A stretch of DNA of 64,000 nucleotides from Eledone cirrhosa (Eukaryota), in contig OZ024743.1 in the NCBI GenBank assembly GCA_964016885.1, positions 15,562,001-15,626,000 on the forward strand, read 5' to 3'. Shown here piece by piece: positions 1-13,161 of this stretch (the first letter of the stretch is position 1; each line of letters starts with the position of its first letter). Made by a program: the position numbers and the translations under genes. The notes below the pieces were generated by a model, which saw only the letters and a list, made by a program, of their open reading frames with translations, was not told where the DNA came from and ran no database searches.

Positions 1-214
1 TCGGCCACAGCCAAATTACAGCTGGAAATCAAACCAAAATACATTTAAATCTACGTTAAGTCTTTTTGATCATATCTTAACACACACGTAGCTATATGAG
101 TCTTTAAAAATGACATTTATATTAAACACTAGGAATACTATGAATATCAGTTATTTTCACTTTTATAATATGCAAAACTCAATTTTGTTTCACAGTGTAA
201 TCAGAAAGATTATA

Positions 215-450
215 GAACATCAATGACTATATAGATAATAAACACAACCACAAGGATATGTTCCAAAGGTGGAAGAGCCCAGCTCCCACTGTCATCTCCT
301 CCATCTCTCTCGCACTCCCCATCTCTCTATATGGTCAGCAAATGGGGTTCCACGCACTGGCCTCCCCACAGCCCTGGGAGACAGAATGGAGAAGGCATTT
401 CCCTGGAGGATGGTAAAGGAGATGCGCTGGCAGAGCCATTCCATCTCGCA
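215..450 (-). mobile_element. 5'-truncated CRE-like (restriction-like endonuclease) non-LTR retrotransposon 3' end with 16-bp TSD
   Basis: Exact direct repeat AATCAGAAAGATTATA at 199-214 and 451-466 flanks a GC-richer insert. The minus strand translates as EMEWLCQRISFTILQGNAFSIL, matching the QR(I/L)SxxxxRGNA C-terminus of CRE-type LINE proteins. Confidence 0.75.
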
Positions 451-855
451 AATCAGAAAGATTATAATCATATTAGCATCAACTCATCTCAGAGATTTAA
501 ACATTTAACTAAACATATGTATAAAGTGTGGACCTTTATGAAATTAATGAGATCAACACTAACTTATTGATGAAGAGGGATGAGTGGATATATTTTATTG
601 GATATAGAATGTTTAGATTATTTTACAAGTTGAGATTCAGTGAATTGGCAATATACTGGTTATCACATGCCTTATTCCAATGAAAGAAGAGAGCAGCAAC
701 ATTTCAGTAGTTAAACATATGATGTGAATATTTATTTCAAAGCACACAATTGTAAAGTACAAAAAGAAGCAAGATACTACAATTGTAAAGTACAAACAGA
801 AGCAAGATACTACATCAAATGAAAGATATACTTCATACAATTTCTCATTATACTG

Positions 856-1034
856 TGAATTGGCAGTATCGGTAGAGGGCTGGACGCCATGCTTTCTAGC
901 ATAGTTACATCCCTTTACAGACTGAATTCAAATTTCGTCGAGGTTAACTTTACATTCCATCCTTACAGGGTCTATAAAATAAAGTACCAGTAATGTACTG
1001 GGTAATTACTGGCCTTGTGACAAAAGTAGAAACA
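856..1034 (+). mobile_element. tRNA-derived SINE (Meta/MESC-domain-like core), copy with TSD
   Basis: A-box-like TGGCAGTATCGG, B-box-like GAATTCAAAT, core CATCCTTACAGGGTCTATAAAATAAAGTACCAGT and 3' end GTAGAAACAATT. 9-bp TSD ATTATACTG at 847-855 and 1035-1043. Confidence 0.9.
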
Positions 1035-1059
1035 ATTATACTGATATATGCTGATATCA

Positions 1060-2530
1060 TCATGATCATCACTTTTACATGCATTTACCATGCAAGCATG
1101 TGTTGGAGTTTTGTTGAAGTCTAAAGACAGATCGGTCAGAATGACTTCATTTTGTTTATATATTTCATATTTGATATGGATTATATAGCTGGGGACCCTT
1201 TCTTGCAGCATCTGCTTTATGAAATGTACTAGGTGTGTTTACAGGGTGGACTGGCTGTGTTTTTGTTTTGTGAAACAGGCACTAAAGAGGCTGTTACATG
1301 CTTGTCCATATTGAACAGTTGTCTCAAACCCTGTATTGTTTTCATTCATTTGGCAAACATTGTAGACTCTGGTCTCTCACCTAGTTCACATTTAATAATA
1401 GAGTTCTTGTCCTGGTAGATGTGTATTTGGGGTTGTGACTTATCACCTGCTCTCTTGGTCCAGTGTTATATCGTTTATGATGTTCAGTGTTTTAGGTCAT
1501 TTTTCATATCTTAGTCTTCCTCTTAAATGTTCATTCTCATCAATTGTTCTGCATTTTTCCATACAACTTTCACTCTTTATGCCCATACCAATGTAATTGT
1601 CTCTCTTGCATGCTACATTCAATTCCTCATACATTGAACTTTTCTCTCACTTCACTTATGATGTCAATCATGCAGACTAACTTTCCACATCCAGTGAAAC
1701 ATGCATGCATTATTTGTTTTTAGTGTTTGTAAATACTCTGCCCTCACAGTTCACATTTTGCTGCCATTCAGCATATAATATATTTCCGTTACTTTGAAAG
1801 AAAAGCCTTTTAAGTCTATTAGAGGTAAAAACTTCCTGAACTTCTTCCACCACCTTCTCACTCTAACTACTACAATTTCAGTATACCCAACTCCACAACT
1901 AATAATCTCACTGAAATTTCTACCACTTCTATAAATCCTTCTAGATATTTGAGAGGGTTTATTTGAGTATCTTTACTGTTGACTAGTCTTGTGCATCAAC
2001 AATATAAGAAGTCTACTTCCCCTGTCAGTTTACATGTGATACCACATTTCTTGTGCCCCTAAACTGGATGCACCATTTGGGATTCCTACCTGCAGCTTTT
2101 TCTACATATTGAGCCTATCCATTTTTCTGTTTACTAAACATTAGTTTTTGCCAAATTTAATCAAGGCCAATAATTCCAGATTTTGTTTTCATTGTCTTGA
2201 ATTTCAACTCTAGTTCTCCAATACTTTCAGCTGAGAGGTCTAGATCATTAACATGTAGGAACTCCTACCAATAACCAGGCTTGAGTTTTTGTGTTATTAT
2301 CTAGATAACTATAATAAACACAAGGCAGCTGTGGAGTGAACCTTGGTAGACTACAACCTGCACATTAAATTTGTTGCCGTATTCATTGCACCTTTTTAAA
2401 TGGCTTATACAATCCATACATGCTTTTACTCAATCAGTTATTTCCTAAGAAACCACCACTAAATTACAGAGCTTGAAAATCTGTCAGAAGGCTTTTCCAT
2501 GTCAATGTATGTTACATATAGCGGCTTATG
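1060..2530 (-). mobile_element. degenerate RTE-clade LINE, 3' half
   Basis: Minus-strand remnants: EFLHVNDL (decayed ELLYADDL, ~2245-2265), ISCGVGYTEIVVVRVRRWWKKFRKFLPL (~1820-1905) and CSMQERQLHWYGH (~1580-1617). These parallel the better-preserved RTE at 31600-32512, and an RTE-type tail lies near 1060-1105. Confidence 0.65.
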
Positions 2531-5500
2531 GATAGCTAGGCCCTAACACATCACATTATATGAAAGTTAACAAATGACAGTAGGAAGAAGTAAAGGAGCC
2601 TGGAATCATTGAAGCATTTAATGCTATAAAAGTTAGTGATAAAAGGATGATGGTGATAATCACTGTAATGTTAACAATCATCATTGTCTTTGCAGTGAGG
2701 ATAAAATAAAGTTATTTGTGCGTGCAATGATAATTGTAATGATGATAATCATGGTGGGTTGATGATTCTGATAGTGATGGAATTTACAACTAATTCTTTT
2801 TTGTGTATTTGGAAACTCATATTAGAGTAATAGTCAGTAGCACAGAGTGGAAAATCAATTTCTTTTAAGTTTAAAAAGATTATGCTGAATTTCTGAAGTG
2901 TTGATATTTTAATTTGATTTTTAGTTTTTAACAGAACTAAATATCCTTATAAGAATTTGAGAGGGTATTCATACTATGTGACTGTAATCTGCTATGCATT
3001 TTTCTTCACAACTATTTCTCATGGGTACTATGTACATACATTAATACAGTTTAGGGATATAACTGATAATGGTTTATCATGATATTAATTGTTATATATA
3101 TATAAGATGTAATATAAGTGGTTTGTTTCACTGGTCATCAAATAATCAGTAAAGTTACAGATGTAATTGTTCCTCAAATGATAATTTTGTAGAACCTACA
3201 TACTTCCCTTTATTTCCCTGAGAATATTATATACTTAAGATACTTGCATGATTCACAAAATCAATAGTCATTATAACGATAATATCATTGATTATTCAAT
3301 ATAACCAGTGACTTAGTGATATGCAACACTACATATAATCCCATTCTCAAAACAGTCTTTCTCTGCCTCATATCCTTTCAGTTTGTAACTACAGAAAATG
3401 CTATTAAACTAAAATAATATCTAAATTCTCAGCTCTTCTCTCCACGGAAGTTGCTCTACTCAGTAGTCAGGTAATAGTATTATGTTGGAATAGATTTCCC
3501 TTAAAGGGATGGCTTTGCATTGGATGATAAATATGATGACAAACTACAGAGAATTAAGCTTAATATCTCTTACGGAGCACTCATCAAAGGAGGCACACTT
3601 TTCTAGAGCAATTTTTCACTGTCAGATCATTACTTTGTGAGTTTTGGACCATAGAAAAGAATAAAATAACATTTATTCTTAACTATAAACTACGACAATA
3701 AATGCAGAAATGAGCTGTTCAGAATAAAGGTTCTGTTGCAGTTAATTCCTTTCAGATTTGATATTCACTGCACATCATTCTTTAACCTGACAAAAGCCAT
3801 AAACCAAATTGACATATGTTATTAAAATGCTTTGAGGTAAAACTCAATAAAGTTTGCAAGATCAAATAGGCTAGCAAATACACATTTACTCTGTTATCTT
3901 TTTGTATACACATGAATATATATGTACATGTGAAAGTGTATTTCTATACAATATAAACTCTGGTAATTACTGTATAAATTATAACTGCAAACATGATACA
4001 ACATAAGTTTAACATAAGTTTATTCCACCATAGTGATACAGAATTTCACTGAAAATAAATAAATATTATTCTAGGTCTTAAGGAGCCTGTGAAATAACGT
4101 CATTGAAAGAACAGTCATTTGTTTGTAAATATAAATAGATAACTCAATGGCCAGATGGTCTGTTATAGGAATATATTTTAAATAAAATCCAATTTGAATT
4201 CAATAACTTTGAACAACCTTTGTCATCACCAACATCATATTATATTTGTATGTGCACATTTGGACATAACTATTAGAGGATAGTTTTCTTTCTTAATTTC
4301 TCTCTATCGTCCATTCTTAATTGTGCTTCATTTTTGTTTTCTAGCTGTTTCATTTTTATTTCTAAATTTGTATATATCTAATATCATTGATATCAGTAAA
4401 AATCTGTTTTCCTTTATAGAGATATTCATTAGATATATCATTCTATAGTCACATTTTCTCTGTCAGCTTCAAGCAATACAGAATTGTTTTAGCAAGCAAG
4501 CAAGCAAGCAAAGGAGGTTTAAATCTTCCAGCACAATTTAGTCTTAAACATTAACCAAACAATTTGTGATTTAAATTCATTTTGCTTCTTATAAAATCAT
4601 TGTTGGGAATTTAACAAAAAAATTAGTATATACACATATATTTGACGTTTGTTTCTAAATTCACTACCCTTTATCAAATATATGTGTATGGGAAGAGTCA
4701 AGTCATAAAACACATAATATAGAAAAGTAACAAGTAACAATTTGTTTAACATGATGTATATCTGATATGAAAGCTCTTGATACAGACTGACATTTGTAAA
4801 TATTTTGATGTAGAGAGATTGTTTTAGATTTTTGTAAAGATTTAGTCATTTTTCAGCTATCATATAATGCTGTCTACATTCAAATATTTCTATAGACACT
4901 GATTCTTATTCTTAATTTGCTTATTTTTTATGCAACGAACTATATTAAAACATTACATTCGGATAAAGCTCTTCAATGGTCTCTTGTAAAAACAACATTG
5001 AAAAACATATATCAACTAATGTATATAAAAAGAGAAAATGTTATGATTTAGTTTAGAGTATCATTGGTAGGCCTTAGATAAATGGCTGAAACCATAATCC
5101 TGATGCATCATTATTTGGCCATCTTAAAGTCTGCAACCACTAGTTCTTTCCTATATCAATTACATTCTCCTCTGCAGTCAATACCGTGAGGAATGTTCAT
5201 AACACATGAAATTTATAATCTTAGATCAATCTACTGATATGCAATGTCAGTAATAGATGTTGGTCTTTTCTCAAATTTTATGGCACCTTGGAAACTATAC
5301 AATAATATATTTGATGTTACTAAAATGTTGTATACGAAATTTTATGTGCTTGAAGATGTCAGATTGCAAATTTTCTTCATTAAATCATTCCCTTAGAATG
5401 GGGAAAATCTATGGTGATTTGTATTTGGGTTTAGATAGCAAATATGTATCATGATCATGCAGGTGAACATTTCATAGATGAGATTACTCTGAGTAGAGTA

Positions 5501-6317
5501 AGTAATGTTTTACAACCCGTTTAGTCAATTTCCTATAATCATAAAAGAGCAAATGCATTGACGAAGTTTTATTTCATATTATCATGGGATTGTTAGAAAT
5601 CTGCAATCTAAGCTAAAAAGACATCTCTCCATTTTATAAATTACACACTACTTACAAATGCAAACTACTAGCATAGTTATTTCTAGCTATGTCAGCTAGG
5701 CAATGTTGTGTTCAGTGTTTTTTCTTGTGACATTAGTGAAATTATACGGCTATTAACTCTTTGTATTTCAATCCAGTGGCTTATCAACTTGGCCAGTGGT
5801 TGCTCTCCTTAATTAATACAGGTGTATGGATACCAGAAAACCCCAGAAGAGGAAATTCAAATGACTTTATGACCCTTGCAATATCTCAAAAACTAGAAAC
5901 ATGGGAAACCCAATATAGTTTTCTAAGAGACAAAACTATTATATTCAGTTTCTATTTATTTGATAAGTATCAAAATTGTCAGCACAACAATGTGGAAGAC
6001 TATTAGAAAATTCCGTATTGTTTTGTCAAAATTTGATTATTTCCAAAAGCCAAAGAACATAATATAATGTCCATAAGCAGTGGAGTATCCTATGATAGTA
6101 AAATGGAAACTACTGACAGCAAAGAGAAAATGAAAAGCCCATAGGATATGCAAAATAAATCTGAGGGACAGGATTGAATGGAATGTGAAACATGTTACTG
6201 AAAAGTGCATGAAGGATAACGGCATAAATATAATGAAACTTATTGATACAGGCTGGAATAAAACATATTTCTATTAAGAAATGCTAGACAGTATACATAT
6301 GACAGATAGCATAAATA

Positions 6318-6496
6318 ATTGTTTCTACGTTAGGCACAAGGCCAGCAATTACCCAGTGTATTACTGGTACTTTATTTTATCGACCCCGTAAGGATGAAAG
6401 GCAAAGTTAACCTCGGCGTGATTTGAACTCAGAATGGCAAGGGCCGTAACTCTATGCGCCAAAGCATGGCATCCGACACTCTACCAATACTGCCAA
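6318..6496 (-). mobile_element. tRNA-derived SINE (same family as 856-1034)
   Basis: Reverse complement of the family sequence: TTTTATCGACCCCGTAAGGATGAAAGGCAAAG, ATTTGAACTC and CTACCAATACTGCCAA. Confidence 0.9.
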
Positions 6497-8379
6497 GACT
6501 GACTAGATTATTACTCACAGGTGATTTTGCATCTCCACTCCCTGAGGAAATTCTATATAGTAAACATGCTTAATCTACATCATTATGAAATAAGTATCAT
6601 TGAAAGAATAAGCGATATGTTGTTTATATATATTTATTTTAATGTTATTTTGAATAAAGAATGGAACACACACGAGCTGAAGCTAAAGAAGGGATATATA
6701 AATAATTCACTTTAAGATACAAGAGAGATAAGACTGAACAGGTACAGACATATGATAGGTACGAAGGATCAATGGTAGGTGAAATGTACAACCAAAGAAG
6801 TTATCTGAAGAACTGGAGCAAAATCGTCTGTATATTCTGACCCTTGTGAAAGAGATGACAAGGAATTTTAAATGGTGGTGAGATGTTGTGCTGAATCCAT
6901 GCATGTATGATAAAACAAATAAAATATGATGACTGATGATTTATAGCATTACTAGGGTTATGAAGAGCATATCGGGCAGAGCTCCACATAAATTACCTTG
7001 TAGCTTTTCTGTGTCATAATTTGATATGGTCCTATAGCTATCTTTGTATTTAATCTTTCTGGAATAAATACAATGAGTACTGATCAAATACTGGAAGCTA
7101 TTTAACTAACTGCTGCTTCCTCAATATTGTTAGAAAGAAACCATTAATTATATTAATTTCTCTGTAAAGAGGTTAGTAGAATTGGTAGACAGCACAACTT
7201 TACATTTCTTTGATTCTTAATCTATGAAGATAATAACTACTAATCAGTTTAATTTTAATTGGTATCTTCTTAATCCCATTTTGAATCCTTAAAGATATTT
7301 AGCCAGTAATATTAGAAACCTGTACTAATTCCTATCTAGGAAATAATTATAATGTTATTGTTACTTATTCAAAGACACATTGATTCACCTTAGCCTAGGT
7401 CCTTGAAACTTGCACTCAAAACTATTTTAATTCCTCAAAGCTGCAACTCACATTAAGCCTTACAATCCCTGTTGATATTTCATACTGAATGTTAGATACA
7501 CTAGAGTATCACCCCTATATCTGTGATGGTTTTGCTGCTACACACACAAGCATTCTTTACGGAATTTAAAATAAAGTTATCCGATTGATTGAATGACAAA
7601 GACTCATTCACCAATACACTAAACCTTCTTGTCCATAAACATGCTGCCTCTTCTCTCGGTGTTTACTATAACATGCTCTACTTCTCTTATTAGTTCATCA
7701 CTTCTATCCAGGTTCAAGCAATACATATGTCTTTTATTCTCATTACTCATTAAATTTACTTTACTCTGTTTCATACACTTTCAATCCTATCACTCAAAAT
7801 CATTACCTTCTCATTTAATTTACTGTTTCATACTACTTCAATCCTGACCTCTCCAAATCATTAACTATCTGAAATAGCTCACATTGTGTCTAAACATTTA
7901 AACACAGGCAGGGATAACGTTCACATTGAACATAACCAAACTGTGTAGGGGTTGCAAATATTATGTGCATTGTTGTACTATTAAAAATTATCAAAGAGCA
8001 AAATCAAAAAAATCCAATGATTTAAATTCTACGAATTGTCAAATTTGAAACAGATTTAGAATAATAGAAATTCATTTCTTAAATAAAACAATAATGTTTA
8101 CTGTTACTTTAAAATATAGTTTAGCTATGAGCATAAATATTTGTTTGCAGAAAAAGATAAATCAAAAGCTTATACCTAGAATTGAGCAAGGGTTTCAGAT
8201 TCCTTTTACAATCATCCTTCATGTAATTAATTACAAATGCTTTCACATTTTCATAATCATCATAATCAATTTAACGTTAGTATTCGATACTGGCATGGGC
8301 TGTATGAAATGTTTGAGCTAGAGATCTATATCTGCTTCCTGACAGCAGCCCTCACTTGCATTTTTACACATTTACACAT

Positions 8380-8809
8380 GGAGGCACATGGCTTAGTGGG
8401 TCGAGCATTGGGCTTGCAATCGAAAGGTTGTGAGTTCAATTCTCAGACTGGGTGATGTGTTGTTTCCTTGTGCAAGACACTTTATTTCACATTGCTCCAG
8501 TTTACTCAGCTGTAGAAATAAGATGATAGGGAATGGGGACCCTATCATTCTACTGCAAAGTGGTCGTGGAGACCACTTTGCAGTAGAATGATTGTGGGCA
8601 AAGAAAAAAAAAAGCACCTAGCTCACACTGTAAAGTGGACGTGTAAGCGCCATGGAAAAAAAAGCACCCAGCACTCATTGTAAATGAGGTTGGTGTTAGG
8701 AAGGGGATCCAGCTGTAGAAATCAAGCCAGAATCAGTTCCCGTCCAACCCTTGCAAGCAGGGAAAAGCGGGCGTAAAATGATGATGTTGATGATGATGAT
8801 GATGATGAT
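8380..8809 (+). mobile_element. composite tRNA-headed SINE with CORE-like domain and RTE-type 3' tail
   Basis: Head GGCTTAGTGG..GAGTTCAATTC and CORE-like TCCTTGTGCAAGACACTTTATTTCAC. The tail CCCGTCCAACCCTTGCAAGCAGGGAAAA..TAAAATGATGAT resembles the RTE tails at ~31600-31650 and ~54540-54600. Confidence 0.7.
8544..8592. repeat. perfect 22-bp inverted repeat with 5-nt loop
   Basis: ATCATTCTACTGCAAAGTGGTC-gtgga-GACCACTTTGCAGTAGAATGAT, checked base by base. Confidence 0.95.
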
Positions 8810-10677
8810 TAACCAATGAGCATTTTGACATGTGGAACATAATCAAATATCCCTGCTACAGATGTCAAATGCCAAAGAACCAACACATGCACACACAAAC
8901 ACACACACATATATATATATATGTATGTGTATATATATATACACACAATGGCCTTCATTCAATTTTCATTAAAAAAATTCCCTCCGAAGACAATGGTCAG
9001 CACAAGGCTGCAGGAGATTATATTTGTCTTACCTTCTAAATATATATTAAAGTTTCAGAATTGTATTTGTCAAATAACTACATTTGAGATTATGTGTTTA
9101 AAATGAACAAAGTATGTTGAGGAAGAAGTAGTTTAGCCATTTCAGTGTAAAAAAAAAAAAAAATTATGTCAGTGACTATCTTTCAAAATGTACAACAAAA
9201 TGTTTAGACATACATAGTACATTTTATTATGAAGAAATAAAAGAAAAAGAAAGTTAATGGATTTTGTGAAATGGATTTTGAGTGTGGTTGTTGTGAATTT
9301 TAATGTAAAATGTATGAAATATTGTTGTAATTGTCAATGCTTGTCAGTTATATAATTCTATAAATACAATAGCACTTAAGCTAATTTTACTGGTAACAAC
9401 CATATAGGAAATGTCAAGAGTGAATAAAAATATCTCAGTATAAATTGTGGAAAAAATATGAATTAAAAAAAAAAGAATTTTCATTTCACTTTCATTTAAT
9501 AATGAGTTCTCACATCGACATTTGACTTGGAATATTGTGGGTAAGAACAACTGATCATATCTAAATGGGTAATTATTTTTTCAAACCTGGGGAATGAAAT
9601 TCAAATCTAAACATGGTAGGATTTGAACTCTGAATATCTATAGTCATTACTAAAAACTTAAAATCTGCAATGCATTTTGGTCAATGCTCTATTGATTCTG
9701 CTCTTTATTTGTATTCATATTTTATTACTAATTTCATTTATTACATTTTCACTGATTTTCCCTTTTTTTTATTATTTTACTTTATTAAAGTTTCCTAATT
9801 TAAAATGAGTTCATTTGAGTTTTAAACTATTAGATTGACAGTTTTACTTTATTTTATTATATTATACGATGTTGTATAGCATCTAAGATCTCTTTTGAAC
9901 ACAAGCAAAGATATCTTCTTGAGCAGACATCTCTGGAGAATAATGGTGAATAAAATTTTCTATTGAGGCTTAAATGTAAAACAAATGGCTCTTGTAATGG
10001 ATATAATTCTAATTAATTGACCTTCTGCTTTGTCATTTATTTCTACTCTTACCAAAGGTGTGAGAGAATTCTAGACATCACTAAAATCTCATCTATGCAC
10101 ACATTGCACAGTGATAGACAAAAGAGGAAAGCTGCCCCATATGTGTAAGATATATATTCTTTTATAATAAATGCAAATAAAATTTCCGAGTAATAATTAT
10201 TTAGCAAGTGACTTAATCTGAGATTGTGTATTGGTATTGAAAATTATACAATTATATTAGATCTATTTTAGCCACCTAAACGATTATATTCCATTTTCAT
10301 TTATATTTAGAGGGGTCAAGACATTATACCTGATCCCTACAACTAAATCCCTGACACAATTACTGCTGCTAGTTGAAACTCAGTTACAAACACAATGGTC
10401 TTTCAGTTCAACAAGAAAATGATATCTCCAAGGCTTGTACAAACTTGTAAACAACTAGGATTCAAACAGCTGAAATAGAAATGTATTAGCATAGAATTCG
10501 ATCCAAGAAAAGATGTATAAATGTCCATTATAGAATCTTTCTTTACTAATATTAATAAGATCTCTCAGGCTATTAGCTTTAAAGTCTAAGCATTATTTTA
10601 ATATTTACATACTTTTTTATCATTCAGCTCTTTGATTGATGTGTAGTGATGTCATTCTTAATGTGTACTTAATGGTG

Positions 10678-10805
10678 TCTAATTTAGGCACACGGTCAAC
10701 AATTTGGGGAAGGAGAAAGTCGATTAAGTCAATCCCAGTGCATTACTGGAAATTTATTTTATTGACCCTGCAAGGATGAAAGGCAAAGCTAACCTCCGTG
10801 GGATC
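10678..10805 (-). mobile_element. older, longer variant of the Meta-like SINE (3' part)
   Basis: Same core (TTTATTGACCCTGCAAGGATGAAAGGCAAAG) with an extra GGGGAAGGAGAAAGTCGATTAAGTCAAT segment absent from the young copies. Confidence 0.75.
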
Positions 10806-11287
10806 AATGTGTACATAATAAGTAAAAATCAATGAGTTAGCAGAGTTGTTAGCATGTTGGATAAAATGCTTTGTAGCATACATTTTGCCTCTCTCTACGC
10901 TGAGCTTTAATTCTGCTAAATTCAGCAGTCTGTCATGTTTTCCAGGTTGATAATTAAAATACCAGTCTGATACTGGTGTTCATTTATCTTGCATGCTTAC
11001 TTTTTTTATACTCTCTCTTTCTATCCAGAAAAGAATTAGCTGTGCCCCTATTAGAAGGGAACATGCATATTAGTTACCCTAGGCTTCAGGTATGCTAAGT
11101 CAGTACCCATAGTATATCATCACAAGATTCTTTGAGGCAAGTGGATTCAAATTAGGAGCCATTATGTATAAATAAAGAGTAACAGCTCTCTTATTGTAGA
11201 TGCACTAGTGAGTTTCTCAATTAGAGTTTATTAGTGTTTACTGAGAAAAATAATTTCATAATTTGGCATCTAACATGGTAACATGTA

Positions 11288-11580
11288 TCATCATCATCAA
11301 TGTTTAACATCCAGGTTTCCACACTTGCAAGGGTTAGATAATCTAGATCAGCTGACTGTGACTTACTCATACAAAACTATTTCTGGCTTGGTTTTTTGGA
11401 CTGGATGTTATTTCTAATGCCATCCACATTTACAGTATGGACTGGGTGCTTTTTATCATGACACCTACATGACCACTTTACATTGAGGACTGGGTGTTTT
11501 TTGTCATAACACCTACTTGACCCCTTAACAGTGTGGACTGGGCAACTTTTATCATGACATCCACACTGTAAACTGGATGT
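11288..11580 (-). mobile_element. RTE-tailed SINE remnant with ~54-bp internal tandem repeat (3 copies)
   Basis: (CAT)n tail followed by GTTTAACATCC..., then GGACTGGGTG(C/T)TTTTT-ATCATGACACCTAC units at ~11439, ~11486 and ~11535, related to 8610-8690. Confidence 0.6.
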
Positions 11581-13000
11581 TATGACAAATTGGCTACTGT
11601 GATTCACTAAAATATTATATTTAAATGCCTTTATTTGCTAAACATATATAAATACACTGAAGCAACCCAAAATATACTGAAATATTTTGTATAAACACTG
11701 CCTTTGATAAAAGTGTTTTGTTTTTAACATATACTTGTTATTTTTTATGTTGAGCCAGAATTCAAGTCTAATTCAATATACCTATTGACAAGACATATTA
11801 CTGCCATTACCAGATGCATTGTAAGAAGAACTACACTACCCAATGTGTGCTCCCTTTCTTTAGGCAGTACTAGTCTATGTTTTGTGAAGATTTGGTATAT
11901 ATTTCTAGCATTTCAAGTGACCATATTGAGGCTCCCTTATTAATTTGTAGCATTTACTTGTAATATAATTTACTAAAAGAAATGAAATAAATAACAAAAC
12001 AAAATAAAGTCAATTAACAAAACAAGCTCATTGGAAGAATTGCTAGAATATTGGACGTGACACCTCGTAGTGTATGTTCTGGCAATTTGAGGGTTAATAA
12101 AATAAAGTACCAGTAACATACTTGGTACATTAAAATTGACTATATCTTTTCTTCCAAATATTTTTGGTCTGGTGTCAAGGTTAGCAATCAATATTCATAA
12201 TATTAAAAGGTTGTTTTTATCAAGATTAATAGAGAGGTATAAAAAGTGCCACACAGTATTTAGTTAAAGCCCTTTACACTCTGAGTTGAAGTCCTTCCAA
12301 AGTCAACTTTGCTGTTCATTCTTTTGGGGATCAATAAAATAAAGTGCCAATCAAATACTGGGTCGATTTATTTGACTATAACTTCCACTAAATGTGGCCT
12401 TGTGCCAATGTTAGAAATCTATAGGCTTTGTGTTAGAATTTCACATTGTAAATTGGTTTTCTTCTAGATAAAATTACTTTTGTTTTGTTTGTGTGTTGAC
12501 AATGATGACATTTAAGTGCAGTAAATTTAAAACTACTTAAAGAGATATTAGCACCCTAAATACAGGATGAGAATTAAGAGTTCTACTATTAAAGATATAT
12601 AGATGTTTAATTGATAATTTATTTTTAGCTTAGCTGAATCAATATTCTTGTCTGTAGACACCCCCCATGGGATACAACTCTGCTCATTTAATATCAAACA
12701 TTTTAGAAGTATCTGAAAATAGGAAATGAAATTAAAGTTAAAATCAATTAGTATAAAAGAAAAATTAACTGTACAGTTAAATAAGATGTGAGCTAATTAC
12801 TATAAGTAATGTAATCAATATTTATTTTGCAACCATTACTAAGAGACACTGAAATCGTTATTTAATTTGGTTAATTTCAGACATACATGAAATAATTGGA
12901 GACTAGCATAAAATGTGTGCCTTTTCTCTGTAGTTATTCATGAAGTGGGTTCCACCAAAAGTTCTGGGTTTCTAGTGAGTAAGATGTCTTAAACTTTCAT

Positions 13001-13161
13001 ATTGGCAGAATCAGTAGAGCGCCGGACACCTTGCTTTGCAGTATAGTTATGTCTCTTTACATTTTGAGTTTAAATCCTGCCATCCTTACGGAGTTGATAA
13101 AATAAAGTACCAGTAATGTACCGGGTTAATTGCTGGCCTTGTGCCAAAAGTAGAAACAATT
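13001..13161 (+). mobile_element. tRNA-derived SINE with internal deletion
   Basis: ATTGGCAGAATCAGTAGAG ... GATAAAATAAAGTACCAGT ... GTAGAAACAATT. Lacks the GAGGTTAACTTTGCCTTT segment. Confidence 0.85.

Noticed and set aside
748-813. 33-bp tandem duplication
   Set aside because: Simple two-copy slippage with no further structure.
9880-9945. Possible 66-nt host exon (tatag|CATC...AATG|gtgaat), open in two frames
   Set aside because: No recognisable protein motif and no supported partner exons. It needs RNA-seq.
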